A stretch of DNA of 64,000 nt from Bacteroidales bacterium (GTDB lineage Bacteria > Bacteroidota > Bacteroidia > Bacteroidales > UBA932). Below, in pieces: positions 19,482 to 30,384 of this stretch. Within the stretch, counting starts at the first letter, position 1, and every line of letters begins with the position of its first letter. Under the pieces are notes generated by a model. It was given only the letters and a program-made list of their open reading frames with translations. It had not been told where the DNA came from and searched no databases. The stretch is taken from positions 4,150 to 68,149 of the forward strand of contig JAFZJI010000057.1 in assembly GCA_017552105.1 (NCBI GenBank). Direction: 5' to 3'. The translations under genes and the position numbers were made by a program.

Positions 19482-20557
19482 TATTTCTGAGCTTTAGTAT
19501 ACAAGAATACCGTTATCAGCGCAAACAGGAAGTTTGGTATCCAAAGCGCTATCGCGGCCGGCATGGCACCGGTATAGACGAACATCTGGGCGAACCGCTG
19601 GAAAAGGATGTAGGAGAAGGCCAGGCCTATGCCTATACCCAGGTTCCAGCCTATGCCGCCCCTTCTCTTGCGGGACGACAGGCACACACCCATTATGGTG
19701 AGGATTATCGCAGAGAAAGGCATGGCATAGCGGTTATGCAATTCTATCTCGGCGAACATCACGTTCGCATCCCCTCGCATGTTCTGGGTCTTTATCAACT
19801 GGTTCAGATCCTTGATAGGGAGGGTCTGCACGGTCTTGTCGTTACGGTAGAAATCGGTCACGGTAAGCTCGATGACCGTATCCTTCTTTGCACCGCTGGT
19901 AATATGGTCCTCGAGCCCGGAGGCATAGTCGCGTATGAACCAGTTGCGCAGCCTCCAGCACTCCCTGGTACTGTCCCAGACTGCCGAATCGGCTTCCAGC
20001 TTGCTCTTGAGCTTGTTGTCCTCTATGGTTTCGAGGGTGAACTTGTAGGCAGTATTGTTCCAGCGGCTGAAAGACTCCACATACACGAACTGCCCGGGAG
20101 AGAGCTGGTAGTGGACGTTGCTGAACTTGGTATTCTTGGACTTTATGTACTTCTCTTCGAACTGGGTTCGGGTTACGTTCGACTTGGGAATCACGTACAG
20201 GTTCAGCCCCAGGGAAAGCATGGCGATGAAGATGGCACAGGCCACGTAGGGCATGAGAATTCGCACGTAGCTGATTCCGCCGGACAGCATGGCGATGAAC
20301 TCGGAGTTCGCAGCCATCCTGGACGTGAAGAAGATGACCGTGATAAATACGAACAGCGGGCTGAACATATTTATGAAGTACGGTATGAAGTTCAGATAAT
20401 ACTCCAGTATGATTGCCTTGATGGGTGCCTCGTTCTTCACGAAGTAGTCCACCTTCTCGGAAATGTCGAAGATTATGACGATGCCGATAATGAGCAGCAG
20501 CGCCATGAAGAAAGTGGTGATGAACTTCTTGGATATGTAAAGGTCGAGTTTTCTCAT
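19481..20557 (-). CDS. LptF/LptG-family LPS export permease
   Basis: [31 protein letters not shown]; six-TM pattern with a periplasmic domain. Confidence 0.88.
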   Translation of the reverse strand: MRKLDLYISKKFITTFFMALLLIIGIVIIFDISEKVDYFVKNEAPIKAIILEYYLNFIPYFINMFSPLFVFITVIFFTSRMAANSEFIAMLSGGISYVRILMPYVACAIFIAMLSLGLNLYVIPKSNVTRTQFEEKYIKSKNTKFSNVHYQLSPGQFVYVESFSRWNNTAYKFTLETIEDNKLKSKLEADSAVWDSTRECWRLRNWFIRDYASGLEDHITSGAKKDTVIELTVTDFYRNDKTVQTLPIKDLNQLIKTQNMRGDANVMFAEIELHNRYAMPFSAIILTIMGVCLSSRKRRGGIGWNLGIGIGLAFSYILFQRFAQMFVYTGAMPAAIALWIPNFLFALITVFLYTKAQK

Positions 20558-21684
20558 AGTCTCTGCGTGATTCTCGCTACTGCGTCATCCTTCCATGCAG
20601 CGAAATCCCCGGCCTCTATATGTGCACGGGCCTGACGCACCAGGTCGAGGTAGAAGGCGAGATTGTGCTCGCTGGCTATCATGCCTGCGAACATCTCTCC
20701 GGCTACGAAAAGGTGCCTCAGATATGCCCTGCTGTAGGTATGGTCCACGAAAGAGCTTCCCGAAGGATCGAGCGGGCCGAAATCGTCCTTCCACTTCTCG
20801 TTGCGCATGTTCATGATGCCGTTCCATGTAAAAAGCATGCCATTGCGGCCGTTGCGGGTAGGCATCACGCAGTCGAACATATCCACTCCCCTGGCAATCC
20901 CCTCGAGGATGTTGGCGGGGGTTCCCACGCCCATCAGGTAACGGGGCCTGTCGTCAGGGAGGAGGGGGCAGACGAGTTCCAGCATCTCGTACATCTTCTC
21001 GGTAGGTTCCCCGACTGCAAGGCCTCCGATGGCATAGCCGTCGGCATCGAACTGGACGGCATGGTCCACGGCCTCTTTGCGGAGGTCGGGGTATACGCAG
21101 CCCTGCACAATGGGGAAGAAGCACTGGCTGTAGCCATAGAGAGGCTCGGTTTCACGGAAACGCTTGGCATAGCGCTCCAGCCAGCTCTTGGTGAGGTTCA
21201 GGCTCTTGCGGGCGTATGAATGGTCGGCATCCCCGGGGCAACATTCATCGAGGGCCATCATGATGTCGGCACCGATGATGCGCTGGGTGTCCACGTTGTT
21301 TTCGGGTGTGAAAGTATGGCGGCTGCCGTCGATGTGGCTCTGGAAGGTGCACCCTTCCGGGGTGAGCTTGCGTATGGGACTGAGGCTGAAAACCTGGAAC
21401 CCGCCGCTGTCGGTAAGTATGGGACGGTCCCAGTTCTCGAAGCGGTGCAGGCCGCCTGCAGCTCGCAGTATGTCCAGCCCGGGACGCAGGTAAAGATGGT
21501 ATGTGTTGCCGAGTATTATCTCGGCTTTCACATCGTCTTTAAGGTCTTTATGGTAAACCCCTTTCACCGATCCCACGGTGCCTACCGGCATGAAAATGGG
21601 GGTCCTGATATCCCCATGGTCGGTATGCAGGATACCGCAGCGGGCCGATGAATGAGGGTCATTATGTATCTTTTCGAATTTCAT
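20554..21684 (-). CDS. tgt: tRNA-guanine transglycosylase
   Basis: TPIFMPVGT, LGNTYHL, LTDSGGFQVFSL, DMFDCVMPTRNGR. Confidence 0.97.
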   Translation of the reverse strand: MKFEKIHNDPHSSARCGILHTDHGDIRTPIFMPVGTVGSVKGVYHKDLKDDVKAEIILGNTYHLYLRPGLDILRAAGGLHRFENWDRPILTDSGGFQVFSLSPIRKLTPEGCTFQSHIDGSRHTFTPENNVDTQRIIGADIMMALDECCPGDADHSYARKSLNLTKSWLERYAKRFRETEPLYGYSQCFFPIVQGCVYPDLRKEAVDHAVQFDADGYAIGGLAVGEPTEKMYEMLELVCPLLPDDRPRYLMGVGTPANILEGIARGVDMFDCVMPTRNGRNGMLFTWNGIMNMRNEKWKDDFGPLDPSGSSFVDHTYSRAYLRHLFVAGEMFAGMIASEHNLAFYLDLVRQARAHIEAGDFAAWKDDAVARITQRL

Positions 21685-21753
21685 CTTTCAAAGATAATCA
21701 AAATAGAAGAAATTCTGCTAAATTTGTTAGCTGAACATACAAACCACAAAATA

Positions 21754-23037
21754 ATGAAAAACAGACAGCTGACCATCAGGCTCATCCTGATGAACTTCCT
21801 TCAGTACGCAGCCTGGGGCGCATATCTCACCTCACTCGGGCGTTATCTCGGCAACGTCGGGCTCGGCCCTCAGATCAAATGGTTCTTCGCCATGCAGGGC
21901 ATCGTTTCCATCTTTATGCCTACCCTTATGGGCATACTGGCCGACCGTTACCTGCAGGCACAGAAAACCCTCTCCCTCTGCCACGGCCTTGCCGGCCTCT
22001 TCATGCTGGGAGCAGGCCTTTACTGCCAGAGTGCAGGAGCCGCCATATCGTTCACGCCTCTCTTCGTACTGTACAGCATCAGCGTAGCATTCTACATGCC
22101 TACCATTGCTATTTCCAACTCCGTCGCATACAACGCACTCGGCAAGGCCGGGATGGATCCCGTGAAGGACTTCCCGCCTATCCGCGTCTTCGGTACAGTA
22201 GGTTTCATCTGCAGCATGCTGCTCACCAACTTCCTGCACATCAAGGGCGTCGCCCTGCAGGATAGCTTCACCCAGCTTATTTCTTCCGGCATCATCTCGC
22301 TGGTGCTTTGCGCATACGCCCTTACCATGCCCGCATGCGAGACCAACCGCGGCCAGGCAAAGAGCATCGCCGAGGCCTTCGGTCTCAAGGCGTTCACCCT
22401 CTTCAAGGATCCGCAGTTCGCAATATTCTTCATATTCTCGATGCTGCTAGGCGCTTCGCTGCAGGTTACCAACGGCTATGCAAATACCTTCCTAGGGTCT
22501 TTCGCAGCCGATCCTTCGCTTGCCAACACCTTTGCAGTAAAGAATTCGAATGCACTTATAGCCATCAGCCAGGCATCCGAAACCCTCTGCATCCTGCTGA
22601 TTCCAATCTGCATGAAGAGGTTCGGCATCAAGAAGGTCATGCTCATCGCAATGTTCGCCTGGGTGTTCCGCTTCGGTTTCTTCGGAGCCGGCAACCCCGG
22701 CATGCCCGGAGTGCTGCTCTTCGTGCTGAGTTGCATAGTTTACGGTGTCGCCTTCGACTTCTTCAACATCTCCGGTTCGCTCTATGTGAATGAGAATACC
22801 ACTTCGGATATCCGTTCCAGCGCACAGGGCGTATTCATGCTCATGACCAACGGTCTCGGTGCCACCATCGGCACCCTCGCAGCCGGCAAGGTCGTGGAAG
22901 CCTGCGACGTTTTCAATACTCCTGCAAACTGGGCAGATGCATGGTACATCTTTGCAGGATACGCTGCCGTAGTAGGCGTGCTCTTCGCAATCCTTTTCAA
23001 GGACCCGCAGAAGAAGGTCAGCGCCAAGGCGGAATAA
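21754..23037 (+). CDS. nupG: Nucleoside:H+ symporter (NupG/XapB, MFS)
   Basis: MNFLQYAAWG, FPPIRVFGTVGF, VYGVAFDFFNISG, MTNGLG. Confidence 0.9.
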   Translation: MKNRQLTIRLILMNFLQYAAWGAYLTSLGRYLGNVGLGPQIKWFFAMQGIVSIFMPTLMGILADRYLQAQKTLSLCHGLAGLFMLGAGLYCQSAGAAISFTPLFVLYSISVAFYMPTIAISNSVAYNALGKAGMDPVKDFPPIRVFGTVGFICSMLLTNFLHIKGVALQDSFTQLISSGIISLVLCAYALTMPACETNRGQAKSIAEAFGLKAFTLFKDPQFAIFFIFSMLLGASLQVTNGYANTFLGSFAADPSLANTFAVKNSNALIAISQASETLCILLIPICMKRFGIKKVMLIAMFAWVFRFGFFGAGNPGMPGVLLFVLSCIVYGVAFDFFNISGSLYVNENTTSDIRSSAQGVFMLMTNGLGATIGTLAAGKVVEACDVFNTPANWADAWYIFAGYAAVVGVLFAILFKDPQKKVSAKAE

Positions 23038-25570
23038 AATCGCCGCCGGAGTTCCAGTCGTAAGACGGTCTGTAATCGAAGACGGCCTTCTGCGATACGC
23101 TCCACAAGTGCACATACACCTCGCCTTTCGCAGGAACCCTTCCGTTGGCGTCCGCGGCGTACACTCCGGCCGAATTATAAGGACAGTACAAATATATCCA
23201 CCTGTTATAGCTGCCATTGCCCCCATAAGCAGTGGCAGCATATTTATTCCAGGGGGTGGAACAGCTCTCGCTCTGCCATGCAAGGGTAGTGGCGAAGGAT
23301 GACGATGATTCTATGTGCCTCGCATAGTCGATGTACGGAGAGAATTCATCGTAATAATCCCCGTTATAACATATCACATAGCACTTCTTGTCGGCTTCCA
23401 TCCAGGTAGCATGTCCGGAACCCAGGCCGATGTTCCCACCAGCAAGAGAAGACAGATAGTCCCCTTCCACGGCGCTTCCCACATCCATCTTGGTTTTCGG
23501 ATCGTGCTCGCGGAATACCAGCATGGAATAAACTTCCATGGAACCTAAGCCATTGTACGGATGCCCGTAAGGGTCGAATGCGAACTGCAGGAAGGCATAT
23601 TCCATCCCGGTGGGAATGTATCTGGTCGATGAATACGTGCCGACGCAGGCCCTCACGTACTGCCCGCACCAGGGGTTCATCTTTCCTATGTACACGGGGA
23701 TGTCCGCAGCATGGAGCCTTTGGGTTTCGGCCTCGCCCAGATTCCATCTGACCCCGTTTTCAAGTACGCTCATGCAATCATCCGCCGGATAGCCGCCTCC
23801 AGTCAGGTCGCCGCCTATCCAGCTCGACCATCCGTTCATGAACCATTCTTCGTCAAGTCCGTCGGGAAGTGCCCCGACGCTGCGTTCTATTACCAGGTTC
23901 CGGCCGTCAAGAGCCTGCACGGCACTTTTCGGAGAAGGAACCGCCGATGTGTTCAGCACCTCCCCGTAGGAACGTACGGAAGCGAAGCGGCCTACTTCCT
24001 TGTCCACTATCCTGACTCCGACCAGGCCCTGAGCCCCGCAAGCAAGCGTCACCCGGTAAAGGAATCGCCTGCCGACTGCATCAATCCATGAATAAGGCAC
24101 CCCGCCATGGGTCCAGTACAGCGCACTGACGTGGATTCTACGCGAGGGAATGTCCACGGTCACGAAAGGATCCGGATACAGCTCTCCGTCGGGGCCTTCG
24201 GAAGAGATGCCGGCAACAGAATACAGGGACTCGAACAATTCGTCGGATGCCCTCCCCTCATATGCCCTGTCCAGCCCTCCTATGACGATATCATGCAGGG
24301 ACCCGCATACATCGGCCTCCACATCGGGGACGGCCAGGACTGGGTAGCTTGCCGAGATTGCCACCTGCCCCATGGCATTGCCTTTGGCGTCGAACGCATA
24401 TAGAGTACCGTTTCCGGCCCTTTCCGAAACGACTTCCACCCCCTGGCACAGCCCGGCCGAGAGCACTTTGTCCCCAAGCACGAAGGTTCCGTCGGAAGAT
24501 ATCCCCGGGGCAGGAGACAGCGAGAAACTTATGGAATCCGGATGATGGCCGGCGCCAAGCAGACTAACGACCGCCCTGGTTCCTGCGGGCATATCCTCCG
24601 GAACCGAGAAGCGGTAATCTTCCTTTCTCCAGACGTTGCTTGCGGCATCTTCCGAGAAAGTGACATGACACCCGTAGCTGCTGCCGCCGAGTAGTCCTAT
24701 CCGTGCACCGTCGTTGGCGTAGAAGCGGCACAAGGTGTTCCCTGGGCTTGCTCCCCCGAGCCCGTCGCATTCGAAGCGCATCTCCACATAAGAACAGTAA
24801 GTTGTCCTAATCCCGGGTTCCGACTGATAAGGAATGTCGTTATAGTTGGGAAGGCTGTACAGATAGACGGTTCCTCCTGCGTGCAGGGTGTTTATATCCG
24901 AGGTGCTGAGATAGTCGCCGTCGGAGATGGGAGTATCTGCGGACGCTTTGGACGTACGCAGGCTGTTGCAGGCCGAAGACGGTATGAAAGAATAGCTTTG
25001 AGGACTGTTGCATAGCCTCACCGAAGCTATCCTCACCTCCCTTCCGAGTACGGCACCCTCATCCATCAAGGACTTCGACAAACCCACGCTAAGGGCGATA
25101 CGGGCCATTCCGCGGCACATATTCACCGATGAACGGAATCCGTCTGCATCCGCGCCCAAACCACCTTCTCCTATGAACAATATGCGCCCGGAGCCATCGC
25201 GCGGAGTTTCCATAGGAATGCTCAGCTTTTGGGACCAGTCCCCGGGAGCAGCCAAGCTCTTCCCCGCGTTGCCTATAAGCACCAGGCGGCTCTGCCCCCC
25301 GGCCTCCGTCCGGAAACGGACATTTCCCGATCCGTGAATGGAAAGATCCTCCAGGTAATGCGAATCCCTGAGAACTCCGGAAGATGAATAAATCCATATA
25401 TTCAAATCCTCCAGCAGGTCTTCGTCGGCGACTGCGCTGCTTTTCGAGCCGGCCTCCAGGGATATGGACAGCCATACGGATCCGGCAGTGTCGTCCTTCA
25501 GGATATTGTCGTGGGCGCATCCTGCAAGGCAGCATAGAAGCAGGACGGCATGTATCAGGTTCTTTTTCAT
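23018..25570 (-). CDS. Large lipoprotein, putative type V pilus tip/adhesin (fimbrillin-like N-terminus)
   Basis: Lipobox LAGC, maturation-like GSKS, EDLLEDLNIWIYSSSG..L and LVLIGNAG pilin motifs; last gene of a fimbrial operon. Confidence 0.65.
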   Translation of the reverse strand: MKKNLIHAVLLLCCLAGCAHDNILKDDTAGSVWLSISLEAGSKSSAVADEDLLEDLNIWIYSSSGVLRDSHYLEDLSIHGSGNVRFRTEAGGQSRLVLIGNAGKSLAAPGDWSQKLSIPMETPRDGSGRILFIGEGGLGADADGFRSSVNMCRGMARIALSVGLSKSLMDEGAVLGREVRIASVRLCNSPQSYSFIPSSACNSLRTSKASADTPISDGDYLSTSDINTLHAGGTVYLYSLPNYNDIPYQSEPGIRTTYCSYVEMRFECDGLGGASPGNTLCRFYANDGARIGLLGGSSYGCHVTFSEDAASNVWRKEDYRFSVPEDMPAGTRAVVSLLGAGHHPDSISFSLSPAPGISSDGTFVLGDKVLSAGLCQGVEVVSERAGNGTLYAFDAKGNAMGQVAISASYPVLAVPDVEADVCGSLHDIVIGGLDRAYEGRASDELFESLYSVAGISSEGPDGELYPDPFVTVDIPSRRIHVSALYWTHGGVPYSWIDAVGRRFLYRVTLACGAQGLVGVRIVDKEVGRFASVRSYGEVLNTSAVPSPKSAVQALDGRNLVIERSVGALPDGLDEEWFMNGWSSWIGGDLTGGGYPADDCMSVLENGVRWNLGEAETQRLHAADIPVYIGKMNPWCGQYVRACVGTYSSTRYIPTGMEYAFLQFAFDPYGHPYNGLGSMEVYSMLVFREHDPKTKMDVGSAVEGDYLSSLAGGNIGLGSGHATWMEADKKCYVICYNGDYYDEFSPYIDYARHIESSSSFATTLAWQSESCSTPWNKYAATAYGGNGSYNRWIYLYCPYNSAGVYAADANGRVPAKGEVYVHLWSVSQKAVFDYRPSYDWNSGGDFIPPWR

Positions 25571-25581
25571 TCTGTTTTGTT

Positions 25582-26556
25582 TTATTCGAGTACATTTCCG
25601 TTTCCACCTTGATCCCAGCCGGGAAGTACGGCAGACAGCCTGACATCCAAAGGCCTGTCGTCGGGATTCACCTTAATCGTAAGTTCGCAATCACAGCCCA
25701 TGGGAAGCAGCACTTCACCGCTCAGTTGCCGGTCATCTATCACCGGCAAACCACCGCTACCTCTCAGCCGCAGGCGCATCTGTATCCGATGCAGGCCAGG
25801 AAAAGCATAATAGGACAGATCCACGCAGCAGGAGCCCGAAGCAAGACCCAGGTTACGGCGGCCGTCAAGACTCCTGGAAGCAGAGGATGTATAATCCCAG
25901 GATTCTTTGCGGAAAAGGCTGGTAGCATCCGTACTGAATACGAATACCTGCTCATCCGCATCACTGAGGCTGCAGCCCATGGATTCTATCGAAGCCACAT
26001 CCAGTTCCCTGGCATGAATCCAGTCCCGATAATCCGCCAGGTCGAAACGGAGCCTGCTTATCCTGGCACATACATGCCTGAACTGCAGGGAGACGCTTTC
26101 CGAAGCGGATCGAGAGAGGGACTTGGCCGCCAGCCAGTCCACATCGTGCCCGGGATTTTTCAGGCTCAGCAGCCCGGAAGAACCGGAACCGTACAGCATC
26201 ATTCCCGAGCCGAATTCCACGGCCGAAGCAGGCACGGGTACGTTTTCATTGTATCCGACGGCAAAGAAAGAAAAGGTCTTCCCCTCCGGCCAATAAAGGA
26301 CGCCGGCATCCGACGGACGGAATTTTCCATCTTCGCTGCAGATTGCCGTGCTGCCCATCACTCCGCTCCAGCTACCCAGGTTAAAGTCGTATGTCAGATA
26401 GTTGAATTCCGACATACTTGCTTCGTCCTGCCCCTGGCCCGCCTTGCTTATGGCGAATTCCAACGGCCGGTCTCCCCGCGGCTGACTACCCGGGTCCTGC
26501 ATCTGGGCGGGATTGCAAGCGCCCATCAGCAGTAGCAGTATTGCCGGTCTTTTCAT
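25582..26556 (-). CDS. Fimbrillin-family lipoprotein
   Basis: Lipobox MGAC, ISKA site, YWPEG..FSFFAV, DWLAA, LQFRHVCARI, C-terminal V.PGW. Confidence 0.8.
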   Translation of the reverse strand: MKRPAILLLLMGACNPAQMQDPGSQPRGDRPLEFAISKAGQGQDEASMSEFNYLTYDFNLGSWSGVMGSTAICSEDGKFRPSDAGVLYWPEGKTFSFFAVGYNENVPVPASAVEFGSGMMLYGSGSSGLLSLKNPGHDVDWLAAKSLSRSASESVSLQFRHVCARISRLRFDLADYRDWIHARELDVASIESMGCSLSDADEQVFVFSTDATSLFRKESWDYTSSASRSLDGRRNLGLASGSCCVDLSYYAFPGLHRIQMRLRLRGSGGLPVIDDRQLSGEVLLPMGCDCELTIKVNPDDRPLDVRLSAVLPGWDQGGNGNVLE

Positions 26557-26559
26557 GAT

Positions 26560-27378
26560 TTAAGAGAGTGTAAGGTTTACAGGTTTTGCCTCCCAAGGAG
26601 TCACGCTGACGTTGAACCCTATGGCGACGGCCGGGTCGTTAGCGATGCTTACCGACACGTTGTTGATCTTGCCCTGGCTTATCTGTACGGTGCCGTTCTT
26701 GGTGAACGTCCCCGAATAATCGCCCTTGGTGATGGTGTAGGTGACATACATCACATATGAGCCGGGCACCAGGTATTTGTCGTTGTTGCCGACAGCAAGA
26801 GTCATCTTTTCGGTAGTATCGCATTCCGTCCACTCCCCTGTGCGGATGTTGTACTTGCCGGACTCTTTCACATTGGCGAGATACACGCTGACTCCGGACA
26901 ATGTATAACCATTGCTTACCGATGTACTGATGCTGCCCATCCTGGCCTGGGGATGGATGAAGTTCAAAGTGTTGGACGCATTATGTGTCGGCTGGGCAAG
27001 ATAGGCGCACACAAGATCCGAGGATCCCGAGGCCTGGACCGTAGGGCCAGCTTGGGCAAAGCTGATGGAGGCATTGCTGGCATAGAAGTGATAGGAAGGA
27101 TTGGTCGCGGGCCAGTACTTCTGCGTGGCATAGCTGTTTCCCGTCTTGGTAGCGACCGCATCCCACTTTTTGCTTTCGCTCCCGGCGCTTCCAGTAGACG
27201 CGAGCACGTTGAAAGAGGCCAATTCAGTTACTGCGCTCACCTTGGTTGCGATATCCACATCGAAAGCTTCGAAGCAGATCTGCCTGGTGGCGATGCTTTT
27301 GCTGTCTTCCTTGTCGCAAGAAGACAACGCTGCTGCTACGGCAAAGGCCGCAGACATAACAATGAGTTTTGTTTTCAT
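26560..27378 (-). CDS. Fimbrillin-family lipoprotein (probable major pilin)
   Basis: Lipobox LSSC, ATKVS processing site, KYWP...YHFYASN, DLVCAY, LNFIHPQAR, C-terminal FNVSVTPW strand. Confidence 0.85.
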   Translation of the reverse strand: MKTKLIVMSAAFAVAAALSSCDKEDSKSIATRQICFEAFDVDIATKVSAVTELASFNVLASTGSAGSESKKWDAVATKTGNSYATQKYWPATNPSYHFYASNASISFAQAGPTVQASGSSDLVCAYLAQPTHNASNTLNFIHPQARMGSISTSVSNGYTLSGVSVYLANVKESGKYNIRTGEWTECDTTEKMTLAVGNNDKYLVPGSYVMYVTYTITKGDYSGTFTKNGTVQISQGKINNVSVSIANDPAVAIGFNVSVTPWEAKPVNLTLS

Positions 27379-27389
27379 TTGATTGATTG

Positions 27390-28184
27390 TTAAAGAATTA
27401 TATTTATTGTACCAGATTCTTCCCAGGGAGTGATTCCAATCTCGAAATCCAGTTCATTGAGGGTTATCACGATGTCCAGGTCTTCCAGGTCCGGAAGATT
27501 CCAGTCATAGCCCAGGATGCTCATTGCCTGGCCAAGGGCGTATTGCACCACTGTCGAATCATCATCCTGGCGGCATATTTCCAGCACCAGGGAGTCGTCG
27601 TATTGACGGGGCACGCGGGCATGGAAAAGCTTGCCATCCCCCGGTGGCCTATAGTCGAACTCTCCCTTATGAGGAAGGCCTCCGGGGAGGGCATATCCGT
27701 CCACGTTCCCAAGTATGCGCAGATAAAGTTCGCACTGCTCGGGCATGTTGACGTCCAGCGTCATCCTTAGCGCGGCGAAATCCTTGTGCAAAGGCAGGCC
27801 TGCTTCCCCGCTCTCTCCCGGAATCAGCACGCTGCCATGGCCGGAATAGATGCCGTCGCAGCCACATCCCATGGGAATGCGCAGAGCGGATTCGCTCAAA
27901 GACATGGTATTCACCCCGCAGAACAGGTCCAGGAAGACATTCTCGTTCCTGGGGACTTCGAACACCAGATTCCCCCTTTCGGTAAAGCTGGAAAAACTCT
28001 TGGTGCCGAAATCCAGGCTGCCACGCATGTCGGAAGAAACGCTGCAGGTCAGATCCCCGGAGCAGCCCTCGGCGACATAGCCGTCGGAGTACACGATACA
28101 CCAGGCGGGGCAGTAAGTCCTGTCCTCCTTAACCGTGCACGCCCCGGCCATCATGGCCAGTATCATCAGGGATATGTTTCTCAT
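27390..28184 (-). CDS. FimB/Mfa2-like anchor lipoprotein
   Basis: Lipobox AGAC followed by VKEDRTYCP, YDW..DLEDLDI, C-terminal ITPW. Confidence 0.75.
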   Translation of the reverse strand: MRNISLMILAMMAGACTVKEDRTYCPAWCIVYSDGYVAEGCSGDLTCSVSSDMRGSLDFGTKSFSSFTERGNLVFEVPRNENVFLDLFCGVNTMSLSESALRIPMGCGCDGIYSGHGSVLIPGESGEAGLPLHKDFAALRMTLDVNMPEQCELYLRILGNVDGYALPGGLPHKGEFDYRPPGDGKLFHARVPRQYDDSLVLEICRQDDDSTVVQYALGQAMSILGYDWNLPDLEDLDIVITLNELDFEIGITPWEESGTINIIL

Positions 28185-28187
28185 TTT

Positions 28188-30065
28188 CTAATCGTAAAGC
28201 TTAAGATTGTATTTGTTTACCAGGCTCCCTATCTCGGGATCCAGGCTGCCCCTGAATATGAAGTTCCTATCCTCCGCACAGGCATCCAGATAGTGTCTGA
28301 CGGCGTTCCTGTCATCGCCTAGCCGGGAATAGACTATGGCCAGCATGTAATCGGTGTCAGGCGTCCGGGGCAGGTCCTGGAGTATCTTCATCGCGTTATG
28401 GTTTTTCCCCAGCGAGAGGAAAGCCACTGCGGTATTGTAGTCCCGGTAAGGGAGCAGCAGGGCCAGTGCTTTTTCGTATTCCATGTCGCAGAGGGCCTTC
28501 ACTCCCCTCCTGTACAGAGTATCCGGGACCGTGGTATGGATGGTATCCTTCTGCTGGCCTTTGCGGTGCAGCTGGAAGTCGAACCTCACCACCCGTAGCC
28601 GTGGATAGAGGTTTCTGCGGAGGTATGGATAACACTGCAATGAGTGCAGGGCCCTTTCCCGGACATCGACATCCTTTATTTCCATGCGCTTGAGGCAGAT
28701 ATCCCTCTCACGGGGGCCTATGAGAGTATCGTTGTTAACCAGTTCCCGGAGAAGTTGCCAGTTTTCGCCGCCGCCCCGTGAGATGAATCGGACGGAGGCC
28801 GGAACCAGGCCCGAGAAGAAGTCCGATGCGGCTCCCGCACGGCGCAGGGCCAGATTCCGGTTTGCAGCCGAGGGCCCTTCGGGAGATGCGTAAGCGGTTA
28901 TCATCACCGAGTCCAATTCGAACTCCCCGTTGCCGAGAATCTCCTGCAGGCTCTGTTTCATACGATCCATCTCGGTATAATTGGAGCCAAGTTCTTCCCG
29001 TATCTCCGACTTTCCCGCCCCGAATTCTATGTAGCAACTTTCGTGTTCGCTGACTTTCCGCTCAACCACCTTGGTCAGATACTTTTCTCTCGTATCTGCA
29101 AAGGAAGACAGGGTACTTATGTAGAAAGTGAGGCGTCCCGGTCCGGGCAATCTGCACAATTGCCTGTCTTCCTCGTAGATACTTCCCAACAGATCCAACT
29201 CAACCTTTTTCATATCCGGCCTGGCTCCTATATGCTGCACATAGCTGTAGCGTATGCTCCCTCCGCCGGCGTTCACCACGGTATCCAACCTCAAGGCTTC
29301 GGTGCGTATAGGGGATTTCACATATTTGCGGAACATCTTTTCCCGGCGTGCCATCTTGCGCTCGTTGCGTTTCTTCCTGTAATGGTCGGTATAATGTTCT
29401 ATCGCTTCCCGGCCGCTTATCCCGAAGGCAGAATGCCACTGCTCATCGCTTACGGAGCTGCTGTCGCACCTGAAAGCATAGAGTCCGGGCAGGTTCCTCT
29501 TCAAGAAGAGTTCCAGGTCTCTGGCTCGTATAAAAAGGGAGGTATCTGTCACTATTCCCTGCACAAAGCGCGAGTATCTTTCATATCCCCTCAGCTGCAC
29601 CGTGCGGTAATGCGCGCCGGTAATGAATACCGGTTCCAGCGGGATTTCCTCCCCTTTGATGCGCATTACCGGGGTGAGCCTAAGTTGCCAACGGCTGTCC
29701 GTCAGTTCTGAAGGAACTTCGATGTCGAATCTCAAGTCCACCACTCCCTGCCTCTCTGCCACATTCTTGAAAGTCGCCACCACTATCGACGGCATTATCA
29801 CGTCACTGGCAACCATATCTCCATTTTCGTCACGCACCGCTCTCATTATGGACAATGTCCTCCCTTCGGCATCCCTGACCATCATGGTGTCGCTCACCAG
29901 GCTTCCGTCCGGCACTTCAGGCGTAAATGTGTCATCTGCCAAGGCCAGACCCGGGACGAAGGCTCCGGATCTGACCGTCTCCACTTTCCGCGCGCCTGCA
30001 CAGCCGGCAAGCACAGCACAGAAAAGGAACAGCAGACTACATTTCGCACTGAAGCACATCTTCAT
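28188..30065 (-). CDS. Fimbrial-associated lipoprotein with OmpA-like domain and C-terminal TPR (DUF3868-type)
   Basis: Lipobox LAGC, ITAYASPEG..NRNLALRRA OmpA-like motif, GENW, LYPRLR, TPR-like C-terminus. Confidence 0.78.
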   Translation of the reverse strand: MKMCFSAKCSLLFLFCAVLAGCAGARKVETVRSGAFVPGLALADDTFTPEVPDGSLVSDTMMVRDAEGRTLSIMRAVRDENGDMVASDVIMPSIVVATFKNVAERQGVVDLRFDIEVPSELTDSRWQLRLTPVMRIKGEEIPLEPVFITGAHYRTVQLRGYERYSRFVQGIVTDTSLFIRARDLELFLKRNLPGLYAFRCDSSSVSDEQWHSAFGISGREAIEHYTDHYRKKRNERKMARREKMFRKYVKSPIRTEALRLDTVVNAGGGSIRYSYVQHIGARPDMKKVELDLLGSIYEEDRQLCRLPGPGRLTFYISTLSSFADTREKYLTKVVERKVSEHESCYIEFGAGKSEIREELGSNYTEMDRMKQSLQEILGNGEFELDSVMITAYASPEGPSAANRNLALRRAGAASDFFSGLVPASVRFISRGGGENWQLLRELVNNDTLIGPRERDICLKRMEIKDVDVRERALHSLQCYPYLRRNLYPRLRVVRFDFQLHRKGQQKDTIHTTVPDTLYRRGVKALCDMEYEKALALLLPYRDYNTAVAFLSLGKNHNAMKILQDLPRTPDTDYMLAIVYSRLGDDRNAVRHYLDACAEDRNFIFRGSLDPEIGSLVNKYNLKLYD

Positions 30066-30384
30066 CTTCTATGATTATGAGCCTGCTGGCGAGAATTTCC
30101 GTGGAATTGTGTTCCTGGCCATCGTTCCCCGTGAACTTGGTGTAACGCAGGCGCCCGATAAGGCCTACCTTGTCGCCCTTGCGGAGTTTGTCCAGGCAGC
30201 TTATATACTTTCCCTCCCACGCGTTGACATTGTGCCACTGCGTCTCGATGACAGCTGCGCCATTCTTGTCGTTGTACGCCATGCTGGTGGCAACAGTGAA
30301 GCGCGCCACCTTCTTCTCTCCGACCACTTGGAGCTTTACATTCCCCACGAGGCCACGCAATTCAATTTTGTTGATCTGTTCCAT
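30037..30384 (-). CDS. ssb: Short single-stranded DNA-binding protein lacking the acidic DDLPF tail
   Basis: NKIELRGLVG, VARFTVAT, ETQWHNVNAW, LRKGDKV..GRLR; 115 aa. Confidence 0.9.
   Translation of the reverse strand: MEQINKIELRGLVGNVKLQVVGEKKVARFTVATSMAYNDKNGAAVIETQWHNVNAWEGKYISCLDKLRKGDKVGLIGRLRYTKFTGNDGQEHNSTEILASRLIIIEDEDVLQCEM

Noticed and set aside
23018-23400. DGR variable region in the pilus tip
   Set aside because: No template repeat or reverse transcriptase in the window and no C-type-lectin-like terminal motif; a remote DGR cannot be excluded.
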